Part shown: positions 1 to 14,261 of the stretch, in pieces
Layout: each line of letters starts with the position of its first letter
Numbering within the stretch: the first letter of the stretch is position 1
Assembly (NCBI RefSeq): GCF_026571515.1
Contig: NW_026858926.1
Coordinates: 1 to 64,000 of the forward strand
DNA: 64,000 nucleotides
Origin: Ruditapes philippinarum
Lineage: Eukaryota
Direction of reading: 5' to 3'
Made by a program: the position numbers and the translations under genes
The notes under the pieces: generated by a model
The model's database searches: none
The model's input: the letters and a program-made list of their open reading frames with translations, nothing else
Told to the model about the DNA's origin: nothing

Positions 1-539
1 TAGGAAGATCTTGTGCAGTAGCTACAGGAGTAAAGTTTGGTTGCGCCTACCTTGGAATGGTACTTTTCATTCGGAGAAAATAGTAAGATTTTTCATTCGT
101 CCATCGCTTTATGGAGATCTGTTACCGGGTATTTAATTCTTATTAGAGAAAAAGTATCTAGGACACGTTTTAAAAGTGATGCATGTGGAATCTTGCTAGA
201 TGATTCTGCTGAATGTCCATGAGTGTATATGCGCATGTTAATCATGTAAATTTATAATTCTAATTTATTATGATTCTGTATTTGCCTTTTTTCATATAAT
301 ATTGCTAATGGCGAAAAGGCAATAATTTTGCCGTATTGCTAAAATAAAACTTTAAACTTTAAATTTCATATTTCCACTACAAATATTAGTTTAATATAAA
401 AAGGGGAGACGAGTTTTGAATAATCGTACATGACATCGTTCATGTGTTATCTACACTAATAGTTTTATATTGATTCAAAATGTTGATCTTTTTTTAAGTT
501 CTACTATTATTTATTTTTATAATTTCAGCTCTTTGTTGA
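1..539 (+). CDS. 3' end (last two exons, 1-82 and 529-539) of a tandem paralog of the secreted protein at 5995-13962; may be frameshifted
   Basis: 1-82 reads ..EDL..ATGVKFG.PTLEWYFSFGEN then gtaag, matching exon 13504-13640. After tttcag, 529-539 encodes T-L-C-stop, as 13952-13962 does. Intron and 3' flank are also similar. Apparent +2 and +1 indels at about 19-20 and 42. Confidence 0.7.
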
Positions 540-1032
540 CAAGTGAAAAACTGAACATTTCTACGAAGTCCCCAGAGCACTGTTGGAAAGTTACAACCAA
601 TGATACTACTTTATTTTCTCTCAAAAAAAAATTACCTAACTTTTATTCTCAATTCATATTCAGATATTTTTGTTTAAAAGATAGTACCAGAATAAATTTG
701 ATATAAAATTTTGACTTTGGGCTGTTGCTACTGCTGTTATAACTTGTAACACGACCCATTTGGACATTTCTGGTGTATTTATTTCTGTATTATTCATGTT
801 ATTTTACATGTATGTATGTATTAAATATTTGCAATAAAATATTATTATATTGATTACAAATAATCACATTTCACAAACAAACAAAAATCAGTTAAACAAA
901 ATATTATGTCCTTTAGAATCGTCCTTCATCTTTAGACATTGTCGCAAATTATCAGCAATTTTCGTGAGATTTCCTTTTAGATATTTTCATCGAATCTGAA
1001 CATACTCATATTTGTGATAGTAATTAAGATTT

Positions 1033-1560
1033 TGACAGGTTATATGGCCATTTATAACCCAAGCCACTAGGCGATGGTTATATTGTAAACAACCGTTTAT
1101 ATACCGCCATATAACCTGTCAAGACCCGTTATTACGCATTAATGATAAGTGAACTTTTTTATGAGAGATTTTTTTATACTAGAGAAAAAGTGTTAAATTA
1201 CGCTGCCGTGTATATTATTAGTTATAAAGATCGTTGACAGGTTATATGGCCCTTTATAAACGGCTATTTGTAAATACATGTATAACCCGAGCCGTTAAGC
1301 GAGGGTTATATTGCAAACGGCCATATGACCTGTCAACGATCTTTATAACGAATTTATAATACAGCAAGCATCATTTTTAGAGAAAAAAGTTAGATTTCTT
1401 CATGGATCGACATCAGCCGTGTATATAAAACTATATAAATGTCAGGATTATCCAATGAAAAATGACGTTACAGACGTGCAGTATTATAAAGTTTATATAT
1501 ACGAGTAAACGTAACGATTATCCAATGAAAAGCGACGTTACAAGCGTGCAGTATTACGCA
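1033..1560. mobile_element. non-autonomous foldback-type repeat: two related hairpin modules (1033-1121, ~1225-1350) and a ~68-bp tandem duplication (1447-1556)
   Basis: ttgacaggttatatggc...gccatataacctgtcaa inverted arms occur twice; gattatccaatgaaaa..gacgttac..cgtgcagtatta is repeated. Confidence 0.55.
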
Positions 1561-3994
1561 CGGAAATATTATCTCTCAGATGCCTTTACCCAATTTGTAA
1601 TGCCCGAAAATTCCTATTTTGTGTAGCATTATTAAATGTGAATATAAAGTGTTTAATTTGATGCAGCCATGAATATAAATAATATAAAAACACGGCTGTC
1701 CAATAAAAATGAACGCTAGAAACGTGTAGTATTATAAACATGTATATCATTTCACTACATGTACATATCTCATTCAAACATTATAAATCTAGTATCAAAT
1801 TTTACAGCTTTAAAGTTACCTCAAACGTATTTTGCAATTAACTTAAAAATTTGAAAATATGCACCAACCAATCTTTGTTAGATCTTTAATATTTCTTGAA
1901 TAAGCCATATCTTGACGTCATATAGTTTTGTGACGTCATGTATCATTTGAGCCTATACACATATAATTATTATGAACAATGCTTATAATGTTTTAAAGTA
2001 GACCTAATTGTATAAACATTAAAAAATAATTTGAAGGAAAGTTTGTTTTATGATTTACCTTTGTATATCATATTCTTTATTATATAATTCATTAATTGTA
2101 TGTAAGATATAAATAAAATAAACTTTGAATAATCTCTCTTTTGTGCTTTCAGTTGAAATCTACCTCTATGTGAAATTCCTGCGCCGAATTTCTTATCTCT
2201 TTTACTCCAACACGAATCTACCACGTGTCGTCCAGCGCAATATTTCATCTAGAGAAAAAAAATCACTCTATCCAACAAAAAAAAAGAATTTTCCGATTAC
2301 CATTTTTGTCGAAAAAACGTGGCCTGTAAACTGTCATTGTAACCACTAACGCACGATATCCCTTAATTTTCTTTTTAACAAGAAAAGACGAATTGTGCTT
2401 ATTTAAATGAAGTGATAAAATTTGTTGATACATTTAAATGTCATTTTTTACATAACCATTAAAAGACCGATGAAATCCTAAAAGTAAAATAGGAAAATAC
2501 ATTACATGTTATGTTAAATTTTATGTGGATCTAGCCCATTTATCTGCCACACTAAAATATTTTAATAAGATATAATAAGTAAAAGTTTCTAGCTCTTTCT
2601 CTTGGTAAAGCAACAATATCACGTGGGAGGAACTGTTACACGGGTATGGAGTTATGATAACTTGTCAGGAGTTCTTGGAAATCTTTTGTGTATACTACAG
2701 AAACACTCGTCAAAATGGTAATTTTCATCTTTAAAAAGCTAAATAAAGCTTGTCTTACATCTAGTATTATGTGGTGATTTCTACCAGCTTAAATTGCAAA
2801 GTGTTAATACAGTGTTTCTTGATTAATTAGGTAAGTCAATCTTTTTCTTGTAGATGTCAACAATATATGAAGCTATAGGATTTCACAATATCACTTAAAT
2901 TTTATTAAAAGATCTGTTGTCAGTATATTTTAGAATTATACTAGAATGTCAGATCCTTATAGTATGTTTCTTTTTATTTTTAATTTACTACAATTAAGAA
3001 GTAGGTGATCAGTCACTGAATCAATGAAACAGTGCGAGGTACTCGTATGTTTCTAAATATCAATGGAAAACATCAATAATCGTTTAACACTCATGGACAC
3101 TGAGAGAACCAGAAAAATCCATTTTTTTTTTCATCTTCTCCTTCTTTTTTTTTTTTTTTGTTTTTTTTTTTTTTTGTTTTCTTTTTTGTTGTTGTTTTTT
3201 TGTTTTGTTTTTTATGCCTTTCGGTATTTTTCATACATATAGGTTTCCGTTTCTCGTTTTTTTTGGACAAAAACTTTATAAAATATCAGTTATAACTTTC
3301 TAAAATTTATATTTGAATAAGGTTTCCTACTAGATAATTAATGCAATTTTGAAAAGCTGTAAAAAATGTGGCAAAATGTTTGATTAAAGGAATCCAAGAA
3401 TTTAACAACAAAGTTAGTTTCCGAAGTTCAAATGATAAACTAAAATTGATCGTATTTTCCTAAAATTAATATGGTACATATTCAAAATGTAAAAAGATGC
3501 TGATTTGAACAGCAAGTTTAGGTAAACATTAGATTTAACATGTGTACATTTAAAATCATATAAACATTTTTCACCATCATAATATCAATACTATACGTTG
3601 TATCCATTATACATGAATGTATAAAACTTGATTTTTTTTTTTGTTTTTGTTTTTTTGTAAAGTGTCATAAAACTTAATTAATGCTCCTGGCAAGTAAATC
3701 TTAACGCCATATTGCTACTTATAAAATTTAATTTGATTATGGCAAACTTTATTAAAAATGTCTAGCAAGTTGTTTTAGTTTTTGCCCATTCTTTAGCCAT
3801 GCTGTGTTGTATAGAGAAAATGAAACACTGTTGCAACACTGTATTATGATTAAGAATATCCTTAGATAGTTTTATACTATTAAATATTTATATCAACAAT
3901 TTAAACTTGTAGTTTAAATCCAATGACATTTTGCAAAATAAATAATACTACAATTATAAATGTTTTGTTGTCAAGCATTTGTCCATTAAATTAT

Positions 3995-4470
3995 CTTCAC
4001 TTCCCGATTAAATCGGAAGGGGAATATTGAAATGACGTTGCCTTTTCGTCCCTCCAGGCGACCATCTAATGGTCTATGATCTTCATTCCGTCCATAATTT
4101 TGGTTAAAAAAGGGGGAAATGGTTTATGAGGTAAATTTTATAGGTTTATAAGAAAAAGTGCCTAATAAAGATCAAAGAAAAAACACACAAACCAAAAATG
4201 TTGGCATGTCCGTCCGTTCGTCCGTCAATCCGTCCGCATAAAACATCGGTAAAGCAAAACAGTTGTTTTTTTTTTTTTTTTTTTTTTTGCGACGGACGCG
4301 CCCTCAGGCGCGTTCAGAGCTATGTCATCTACACATGGTATTTCGTCGGCTACAATCGCGCAATGTGTCCTCAAACCGAATAACAGCCCACGAAATAGTA
4401 CATGAATTTGATTCTATGAAACTCCCATATTCGTCGGGATATCTTAAAACTTCCATATGTAGCCTTTTTT
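3995..4470 (+). mobile_element. degenerate Helentron-associated (HINE/pearl-like) element
   Basis: short palindrome ttcccgatt-aaatcggaa followed by (GTCC)n-like tracts at ~4047 and 4208-4237, ending in a T-run. Confidence 0.35.
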
Positions 4471-5994
4471 CAATTTCAACTTAAGTTATCCAAAGTTAAA
4501 TATAAACGTATTTGATTGATAAAAAACGCTGTAGCCCCGTAGTATTATTGCGCAATTATGCAAATAACTGCTGAAAAACGATTTACCGCTGTCGAAAAAA
4601 GTAGGACAGCAAATTATGCTATAATTAAGGAGTAAGCTCAATAATTCATAGAAATTATAGCAGGAAATAAATATTCCCCATTAAAACAAAACATTTTTAT
4701 TAACAGATCAAAAGTTTTTCGTGACTTTAGAATAACTCGCGCATTAATAAAAAGAAGAACTCTTTTCGTGACTCATACCGCGGGTTTAGCTGAATATCCA
4801 AGCAGCAGTTAATATTAATAAATTAGACTACAGTACAATGGTTAGTATTATAAATATCTATTTTTGAAAATGCCTGTAAAAAGGGAGTTTTTCAACACTT
4901 TACGACCATGTAGTCTTTCATGGTAATCTTTATTAAAGGAAGTTATAATATCAGTTCTACTTCCGATTCTTGTGTTTTGTTTACATAGTTTTTCTAGGTC
5001 ACGATATGAGTTAACCTGCTATAGAAGATAACCCTATTCTAAAAATAGATTCTGCATTATCTCTGCAGACTTTCGGACGAGTACACATTATACATGTAAA
5101 AAACCAGCGGATATTTACTTTGTTTACATGCATTACTTTAAGAAATTCTATACAATTGTAAGAAGCAAACAAGTTGAGAATGGAATTTAGTGTGAAATTG
5201 AAAGGGACAACTAAACACTGTAGTGCTTAAGTGACGTAAATGAAAAAAAATACACCATTAATTGCTGATGATTTTAACCTAAAATATTTTTAATGAGACA
5301 TATCCAAGAGAAATAAAAATACAAATGACTTATATTTTATTGTCTATATGCCCACTATGATATAACACGAAGCAATTCTAATTAACATTCTCACATGTAT
5401 TATGATTGAAGTTTATTTGCATGGTTTCATTTTAGAAATAATTCGTTGACATTTTTTTTCTATTTACATATCATTTCTTGGAATAAATCGATAAGGACAC
5501 TGATTTACAAGTTTGACCAGAGTTTTTAGGTGTATTTAAAAATTTGGACTTGTTCTGCTTGAAAGTAGAAAATCTGAATTATATCAGATTGGGACACTTA
5601 AAATATATTGCTCTACAAATCTCGAACTTGCCTGGAACAAATTTTCTCTGTTATATCTTTTGTGTTGTTTTATTTTTCTAAAAAAAACCTTAATGTCTCT
5701 CCGGTTGCATGTCCGTCGCATTCAGTGCTGCAGCACTTTGATTTTGTTTTTTTCACAATGTCCTTTAATTAAGTGAGGACTGTACATTAATGCAACTGTT
5801 ACAGCCGTCGTACATTCCCTTTAACGTTTTTGTATCAACAGCTGATTTGGAGCCTACGCAGTTAATTTTAATATATAAGTTGTTATAATAAAGCAAACGT
5901 GTCAGTTTGTTGAATCAAGCACTGTAAAGAGGTATTTAATATTATACCAACAGAGTAATTTAAAGTTAAAATAGTTAGAAATATATAACTAAAC

Positions 5995-8900
5995 ATGGAT
6001 CAAGGATTTTGTCTGTTAATTAAAATCGCGATAATTGTTGTGAGTATTCATGCGGTGATATGTCAGAAATGTGGTGTACAGAAAGAGGTGTCCTTTGCTA
6101 GAATACCGGCGATTAACACTCTGTTGTCTTTGGATGAGTTCGACACCCACGTAAGAATTTGTGTGTTTATTTTGATCAACCCTTGTAACGTATTCTCATG
6201 ATATTTTTATACGTTAAATTTTACCTGTCTTTCTCGTGCATTAGTTTCATTTTTTTCTCTTTATTAATTTATTAGACAATATTGATGAGATAGATTTTAT
6301 CATAATGTCTGGATTTAAAGTGAACTACACTTCATGAACACTTACAAAGCGTTAATTTCTTTGAATCTGAGCAAAACAATTTCTTTATTGATAATTTCAT
6401 ACTATACACTGAATAACAACAACAACAACAACAATTATAATAATAATGATAATAATAATGATAATAATAATAATTAGTTTTTAAAGATGTTCATCATTGT
6501 TCAAAGTTCTTTGGCCATAAAAAACTTCTTATTAAAATATTTCATCCTGTTGAAAAGCTCTTAAATTTTGACATCGCTTATTTCCAATAACTGTGACCAT
6601 CCACAACATTTTTAAAGTGAAAAAAGACATTTTTTTGACAAGTTGAATTTAAAAAACCTAACGTGTGTACAAAATTAGTTTGAAAATAGGCAAGAAAATG
6701 TCCTAATTAATAGAAACACATTAAAAATGTTGTGGATGGTTACAGGTATTGGAAATAAGCCATGTCAAAATTTAAGAACTTTTCAAGTTTATTTATAAGA
6801 AGTTATTTATGGCCCAAGCACTTTGAACAATGTTGAACAACTGCATGATCCATTTTATAATTATTTTGTTGATGAAAAAAAAAAAATTCTAAAACCATTG
6901 ATTTGGAAATGTGCAACTTGTCATTGTCAGCTGGAAATACAATTTGACCTACAGAGTTTCATTAATAAATATAAAAATTGGTTAAATCGTTTTGTATATT
7001 TCCTCCATGAGTGCAAATGGAAATTTTAAAACAAAGGGACATAACTTGGTAAACTGAATCCGAACTGCAAATACGGACTTTACCGAGAATATAACTGTAG
7101 CGCCACCTGTTAGCATAATTTGGGTGTCATATATTATTACACCAGATGTCGCGTTGTATTATGCTTGCTGCATTCGGCTTTCGGCTATGCGCATTCTACC
7201 TTATGACATTCGTCATTCAAGCTGAGTAAATGGACCCAAATACAAACAGTTGCAGGTTAATTTATTGAATTAATATACCAGATCAACAAATGAATAATAA
7301 TTGATCGTTAAATAACGACATCAACATAAAATTTAGCAAGTCGCACACAGCAGAAAGCATAATGTGCATGTAAGAAAGCAACATGTAAAAGTCAGAATGC
7401 AAGATGTATATGTCAGAATGCATAATGTACAAGTTAGAAAGCACGATGTACAAGTTAGAAAGCACGATGTAACTTAAGAAAGCAAGATGTAATTTTGGCA
7501 TAAATAACCCTCCATAAGCTATAATGTTCACTGTTACTATTTATCGGAACATGAAATGGTAAAACGCTACTCATAAAACAATACGGTTATCGAATTATAC
7601 ATTTTAAAGATTAAAACGGAATGAAACATCCACGTAGCGCTAAGTATGGAGGGTGATTTATGCCAAAATTACATCTTGCTTTATTACGTTACATCGTGCT
7701 TTCTAACTTGTACATCGTGCTTTCTAACTTGTACATTATGCATTCTGACATATATATCTTCCATTCTGACTTTTTCTTACATGCACATTATGCTTTCTAC
7801 TGTGTGCGACTTACTTAATTTTATGTTGATGTCGTTATTTAACGATTAATTATTATTCATTTGTTGATCTAGTATATTAATTCAATAAATTAACCAAGTT
7901 TGTATTTGGGTCTATTTACTCAGCTTGAATGTCGAATGTCATAAGGTAGAATGCGCATAGCCGAAAGCCGAATGCAGCAAGCATAATACAACGCGACATC
8001 TGGTGTAATAATATGTGACACCCAAATTATGCTAACAGGTGGCGCTACAGTTATATTCTCGGTAAAGTCCGTATTGCGGTTCGGATTCAGTTTACCAAGT
8101 TACGTCCCTTTGTTTTAAAATTTCCATTTGCACTCATGGAAAAAATATACAAAACGATTTAACCAATTTTTATATTTATTAATGAAACTCTGTAGGTCAA
8201 ATTATATTTACAGCTGACAATGACAAGTTGCACATTTCCAAATCAATGGTTTAAGAATTTATTTTTATTCATCAACAAAATAATTATAACATAGAACAGT
8301 TGTTCGACATTGTTCAAAGTGCTTTGGCCATAAAAAACTTCTTATTTAAATATTTTTTGACATGGCTTATTTCCAATACCTGTGACCATCCACATTATTT
8401 TTAATGTGTTTCTATTAATTAGGACATTTTCTTGCCTATTTTCAAACTAATTTTCTACACACGTTAGATTTTTTAAATTCAACTTCTCAAAAAATGTCTT
8501 TTTTCACTAAGTTGAAATTATTCACTAAGATGCTTTATGGCCCCAGGTTCTTGTTCACAGTGTCAGCTAAAAACTGAAGGAACTGCTGCCAAAATCAGCT
8601 GATTCTGAGAAAAAAAAAAGAAAAAAAAAGGGCAAAAACTGTCTAGTCTGTCAATCTGTGAGAGTTTAGCTTTAGGACGAAAATGATTCATAATATTAAT
8701 TGATGAGTACATAAAAACAAAATGTACAAAAAAATGTCGCCCAAGAAATGGTTATAAAATCAAATGAATTGTTTGTCATAGAAGATATTAATAAACATTT
8801 TTTTTTTTTCATTTTTTTAAAGAAAACTACTAAAAAGGCATCTTCAGCCAAACATGCAATATTCATTTTATAACCATTTCTTGGGACCATTTTTGTACAT

Positions 8901-11900
8901 TTTGTTTTTATGTACTCATCAATTAATATTATGAAATCATTCGTCCTAAAGCTACACCACGGTGCATATCTATATCGGTACCCTCTTTGCGAAATCTGCT
9001 CAAACGGTACCCTCTTTACACATGCACAGGTTATTCTCTGCTAAAAACAAACAAGCGATGGATAACAATCCAGTAAAATTTCAATGTAATAAGGAAAGGG
9101 GGTTTGACAGGTACAAAAGATATATACCACGGAACACTAGAAAATGTCAAAAAATATTTTAATAAGAAGTTTTTTATGGCCAAAGCACTTTGAACAATGT
9201 CGAACAACTGTTCTTTTTTATAATTATTTTGTTGATGAATTAAAATAAATTCTTAAACCATTGATTTGGAAATGTGCAACTTGTCATTGTCAGCTGTAAA
9301 TATAATTTGACCTACAGAGTTTCATTAATAAATATAAAAATTGGTTAAATCGTTTTGTATATTTTTTCCATGAGTGCAAATGGAAATTTTAAAACAAAGG
9401 GACGTAACTTGGTAAACTGAATCCGAACCGCAATATGGACTTTACCGAGAATATAACTGTAGCGCCACCTGTTAGCAAATTTGGGTGTCACATATTATTA
9501 CACCAGATGTCGCGTTGTATTATGCTTGCTGCATTCGGCTTTCGGCTATGCGCATTCTACGTACCTTATGAACATTCGACATTCAAGCTGAGTAAATAGA
9601 CCCAAAATACAAAAGAGTTGCAGGGTTAATTTATTGAATTAATATACTAGATCAAACAAATGAATAATAATTGATCGTTTTAAATAACGACATCAACATA
9701 AAATTAAGCAAGTCGCACCACAGCAGAAAGCATAATGTGCATGTAAGAAAGCAACATGTAAAAGTCAGAATGCAAGATGTATATGTCAGAATGCATAATG
9801 TACAAGTTAGAAAGCACGATGTACAAGTTAGAAAGCACGATGTAACGTAAGAAAGCAAGATGTAATTATGGCATAAATCACCCTCCATACTAAGTAACGT
9901 AAAATATATTTTCCGATTTTTCTATGTACCGATTTGTTCACTTCGATGGTAATTTTTCGTTTAAGTCGTATTTTGAAGCGGAGCATGCGCATAACAATTT
10001 TTGTAGACTTCTCCTAATGATTTTACGCTTTAAATGAGATTCATTCACTACAATCAGAAGCGCAAAAATGAATGCCGCCAACAATCAGTTTGAACACTGA
10101 GGAGAGTTCAGATGGCCTCTCCAATAAAGGCAGGTAACTCTGCCAAGCATGTCTGCCTAATTACTCACCTTTTTATACTATGCTTTCATCCATTATACTG
10201 CTGTAAGCACTGAGAAAAGTGAAATGTTCTACCTACGGACAGTTCTTGATAAATCTCAGGATCAAGGTTTCTTTGGTTAAAAAATATTAATCTTATGATC
10301 AGCCAGTCGATGAATACAGAACACCTTGCTACAAATAATGACCCTATATCTAATCTGAAACTATGTATTATTCATTTAAGAGAACTTAAAGTATAAGGCC
10401 GATAATATCTAGAAACAGATTTAGACTGTCGGCGACGGAAGGATCTGGATCGTCATGATTTTGACTGGTTGCTTCACCAAGTGTTCAGACATTAGGTTTG
10501 TTTACTATTTATATTTAGATCGAAGGTCGGGAGATGGGTGAGGTGTATTATGCCCTGCCAAAACCTGCAGCGTTCATTCCTGATATCAATTACAAATCAA
10601 CTATTACTAAAGACCCGGGAAGTACCCAATTATATACACTGGCGTCAAAAGGAGAGTAAGTTACACTTTATTTATTTAATTCACCATAAAATCTTAAATC
10701 TAAGTTCTAAATTTCTAGTTCTCTATTTTTTGTCTGTTACAATCCTCAAATATGTTTTCTTTCTTTTAAAAAGGTGTATGACTAACAAATCCAAATGATA
10801 TCCCTCTAAATCAAACACAATTATTTTCCTCCCGTGAAATACACAACTTTTAAAAAATGGCTGCCGCTTACATTTAACAAAGCCAGGTCTAATATAAATT
10901 CGCAGTAAGTAACAGAAATATGAATGGATGGTTGGACTTTTTCTCCTACTAAGAATTGTTTGTTTTTATTATTAAAACAAGCGATCATTCATTTTTTTTA
11001 ATAAAATAAATAATATCACCGTCATTTAACGTTAATTGTCGGACTTATTTTTCAGCTCAAGACTTCTTGTTTTTAATGAGAAATTCCGACTAAATGGGGC
11101 TCTCAATGGGGAAAACAAATATTAATATTTACGTTAATATTATGGAAATTTCGTTTTAACTTGTTTTTTAGCATAAAATAAAAAGAAAATTTGTTTGTTT
11201 GTTGTGTAAGATGTAGTTTTATTTCATCTCGTGAACTTTAAAAACACTATTCTCGCTCGTGGCTACGCCACTCTTGAGAATACTGTTTTTAAAGCCCACT
11301 CGATGAAATAAAATTCCATCGAGTGGGCTTTAAAAAACAAACAAACAAACAAATATCCTCTATATATTCCAGGACAGTGGCAGCAAACTCAACATGTGCA
11401 GCACGAATTTTTTCATTAACACCTGTTGACGGTATTGACAGGGCGTTGTTCTTTCTGACAAATTGTAAGAATTTTCTCATATTTAATCTGTGTTCAGCAC
11501 ATGAACTACGCATATGTTATGTCCGTAAAAGCACAAAAAGATGAGAAGTATTTCCAACGTTATTAAAAAATACGACAACTGTCAAAACTATAAAAGTAGA
11601 GTTAGATGACGTCATGTACGCTGTCAAACTCCAATCTCCACACAGTGATCTCCCCTTAATTCTTCGGCGTAGATCTCTGCCACCAAGGTCCCAATATATC
11701 AGAATTTCTGATATACTATATTTTTTCAAAAATTGTTTTATCTACTGCTTTTATCTATCAGATAAGTTTTCTCTCATTTATTTAACAATGTTTATGAATA
11801 AATAAATAAATAATATGAATATTTAGAAATAATTTTAAAAATTATGAGATTATTTTCTACCGAAACGATATTTTGATATTTTATATTTTTTAGCTTTTGA

Positions 11901-13962
11901 ATTTATTTTTCGTTATTTTGTATACTTTCGATAATTTTTTGATAAACTATATCGAACGTAGGCACTAAAAGTTAAAAATAAAACAGAAAGAGAAAAATAA
12001 CGTTAGATTTTCTTTGTAACGGTCGATATTTACATTTGAATTTCGACGTTACGTCATGTGACTTTCATCATCATGTGACGTCTTTGAAGGCAGTGATTAC
12101 AATTCTGCCAAGGGAGGTAATCACTGTGGGGAGTTTGGTCAAACTCCTCACAGTGATTACCTCCCTTGGCAGAATAATAATATATCTCTGTACTGATAAG
12201 GGGAGATCACTGCATAGGAGATTGGTACGCTGTACGTGTGGTACCAATACATCGAATGACGTCATAATATCAATTACCTAGATAGAGGCTAATGTACTCG
12301 TATTATAGTAAAAATTCAATACTGGAATAATTGAATCTTATTGACGTTAACATATGATTTTTTTTACAAAACAGCGTTAATTATGTTATTGATATATTAT
12401 GATAAGTGCATGTGCATGGATTGTGTAATGTACAATTATAACTCCATCCCATGTGTCTGTGGTAGTGCTCAGTGTGATCAAATATGGTATCGGAAAGTAG
12501 GCGGAGCTAAGAATAAGTTTTAACTGTCATCCAACAATATATAGAGGTTATGTTCTAAAGCTGCGGCACTTGACGGTTAGTGCCCAAAGTTTCCGATTGG
12601 CCACAGTTTGGTTACCGTTCTTAAAAATTTACCACTATATCAGATTGTACACGAAATAGCACCGATTGTTGGTTAAAATTACGGTCCATACTGGTATTAT
12701 CACACCATTGATATATGAAGTTGGTAACATTTTCATTAATTTTCAGCCCTGATACAAGCTATGTGGTCAAGTTGTCCAACAAGGTACATATTGATCATGC
12801 GGTGTACAAACTACAAGGTTGGTCAGAAGATATGTTTGATAAAAGACACAACCATCGGTAATATTTTAAATCACTCTGTTGTATCGACATCCTGTAGAGT
12901 TTATAATTCGAAAGAAAAATACCGCATAAAGGAGATTCAAACTCACGACTGTCGCCTTACAAGTCAAAATGTTCTTAAATGGTCTCAGTCTAATTTGGCA
13001 TAGCCTTATATGAACCTGACCAGTCTAATCAAATCATTAGATAACTGCATTATTAAGTATTATTACTTCCAAACAAAAATCTTATTCACTTTAATAATAC
13101 CAATCGTCAATTGGGCTAAATATGCAAAGAATAGTTCATGTATATAGCAAATAAGGACGATTTTTGGAAACTGTAACAAGATAGCAAATTAATTCCGCAT
13201 TTATAGCCCCATATTTGTTTGTTTTGCATGTAAGATCGAAATATATTTCACTGAGTGGACACCAGATGCAGGCTACGCCACTCGTGAAAATAAATTAGCT
13301 GGTGTTACCGAGTGAAATAATATATTTCAAAGTTTATACAAGCATATCTATAGTTATACATTTTACTCTTACTGGTGTAGTATAATACATGTATCTAATT
13401 TTAAAAGTGCTTTTATTTAATATTGATATATTATATTAATATATCTTTCTATTTCCTTTCATATCATTTATTTCACGTTTTATCGGCTTTTCTTAAACCG
13501 TAGAATTATTCCAGGTTTTTATATACATGGTAATATGAATGATGCTCCACTCATCGAAATCATTGAAGATCTTTTTCGAGCTACGGGAGTGAAGTTTGGT
13601 TCCCCTAGCTTAGAATGGTTCTTTTCATTCGGAGAAAATAGTAAGTTTTTTTATTAGACCTTTCCCTTATTTAGGATCTGTTATCAAGTTCTTACTTGAG
13701 TAAAAAGTATCTACATAAAACATTGAATGTATGGGTAGCAATGTGATCAGAAATATATTACATAAAAACTACATCATTTGATAACATTTTTACATTTTAA
13801 TTGTATATAGAAAAGGGAGACAACTATTAAATAACAGTGCATGAAATTGTTCATGAGTTATCTTGTCTACATTTTAAGTAACATACAAATAATTATATTG
13901 ATTCAAAAGCTGATCTTAATTTTACAGTACTTCTGGTTTTTATAATTTCAGCGCTGTGTTGA
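5995..13962 (+). CDS. secreted ~218-aa protein, tentatively a divergent lipocalin-like protein; exons 5995-6150, 10519-10655, 11373-11464, 12747-12817, 13004-13056, 13504-13640, 13952-13962
   Basis: All introns are GT-AG with compatible phases 0,2,1,0,2,1; total 657 nt, open to TGA. Signal peptide MDQGFCLLIKIAIIVVSIHAVIC. C-terminus ...EWFFSFGENTLC* is conserved in the paralog at 1-539. The lipocalin call is inferred from size, Cys spacing and the first three intron phases. Confidence 0.75.
6617..7516 (+). repeat. ~900-bp arm of a foldback repeat (copy 1); a short reverse fragment lies at ~6494-6612
   Basis: reverse complement of 7645-8507; ends in 21-bp agaaagcacgatgtacaagtt-type units and ccctccata. 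Confidence 0.85.
7644..9890. mobile_element. ~2.25-kb foldback element with ~740-bp terminal inverted arms and a central palindrome (8667-8954)
   Basis: 7644-~8385 is the reverse complement of ~9145-9890; termini GTATGGAGGG...CCCTCCATAC with TAA on both sides; subterminal 21-bp minisatellite. Confidence 0.7.
11605..12265. repeat. inverted-repeat element with a near-perfect internal hairpin (12102-12176); related fragment at ~31055-31140
   Basis: attctgccaagggaggtaatcactgtggggagtttg / caaactcctcacagtgattacctcccttggcagaat; outer arms cagtgatctcccctta / taaggggagatcactg. Confidence 0.65.
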
Positions 13963-14261
13963 CGTGTGAAATACTAAACATTTCTACGAAGTCCAGAGAG
14001 CAACGGAGGAAAATTTACAACCAATGAAAACATCAATTTATCTTAAAGAAACAACAACAAAAAACTCTTCACACATTTTTCCTTCTTGAATTTCAGTTAT
14101 TTTTGTTTAAAAAAAAAAGTAATTTCATTAGAACCGAAATCAATAAACTATAAAACTCTGACTTTGTTGCTTGTTTTGTTATTAATTTTTAACCCAACCT
14201 ATTTCCACTTAATTTTTTGTGGATATTTGTTTTTGCCTTATTCATGTAAATATACATGTAC

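Noticed and set aside
7283-9888. Cys/Leu-rich ORFs (7283-7531, 7646-7849, 9652-9888)
   Set aside because: Translations of the 21-bp minisatellite in the foldback arms.
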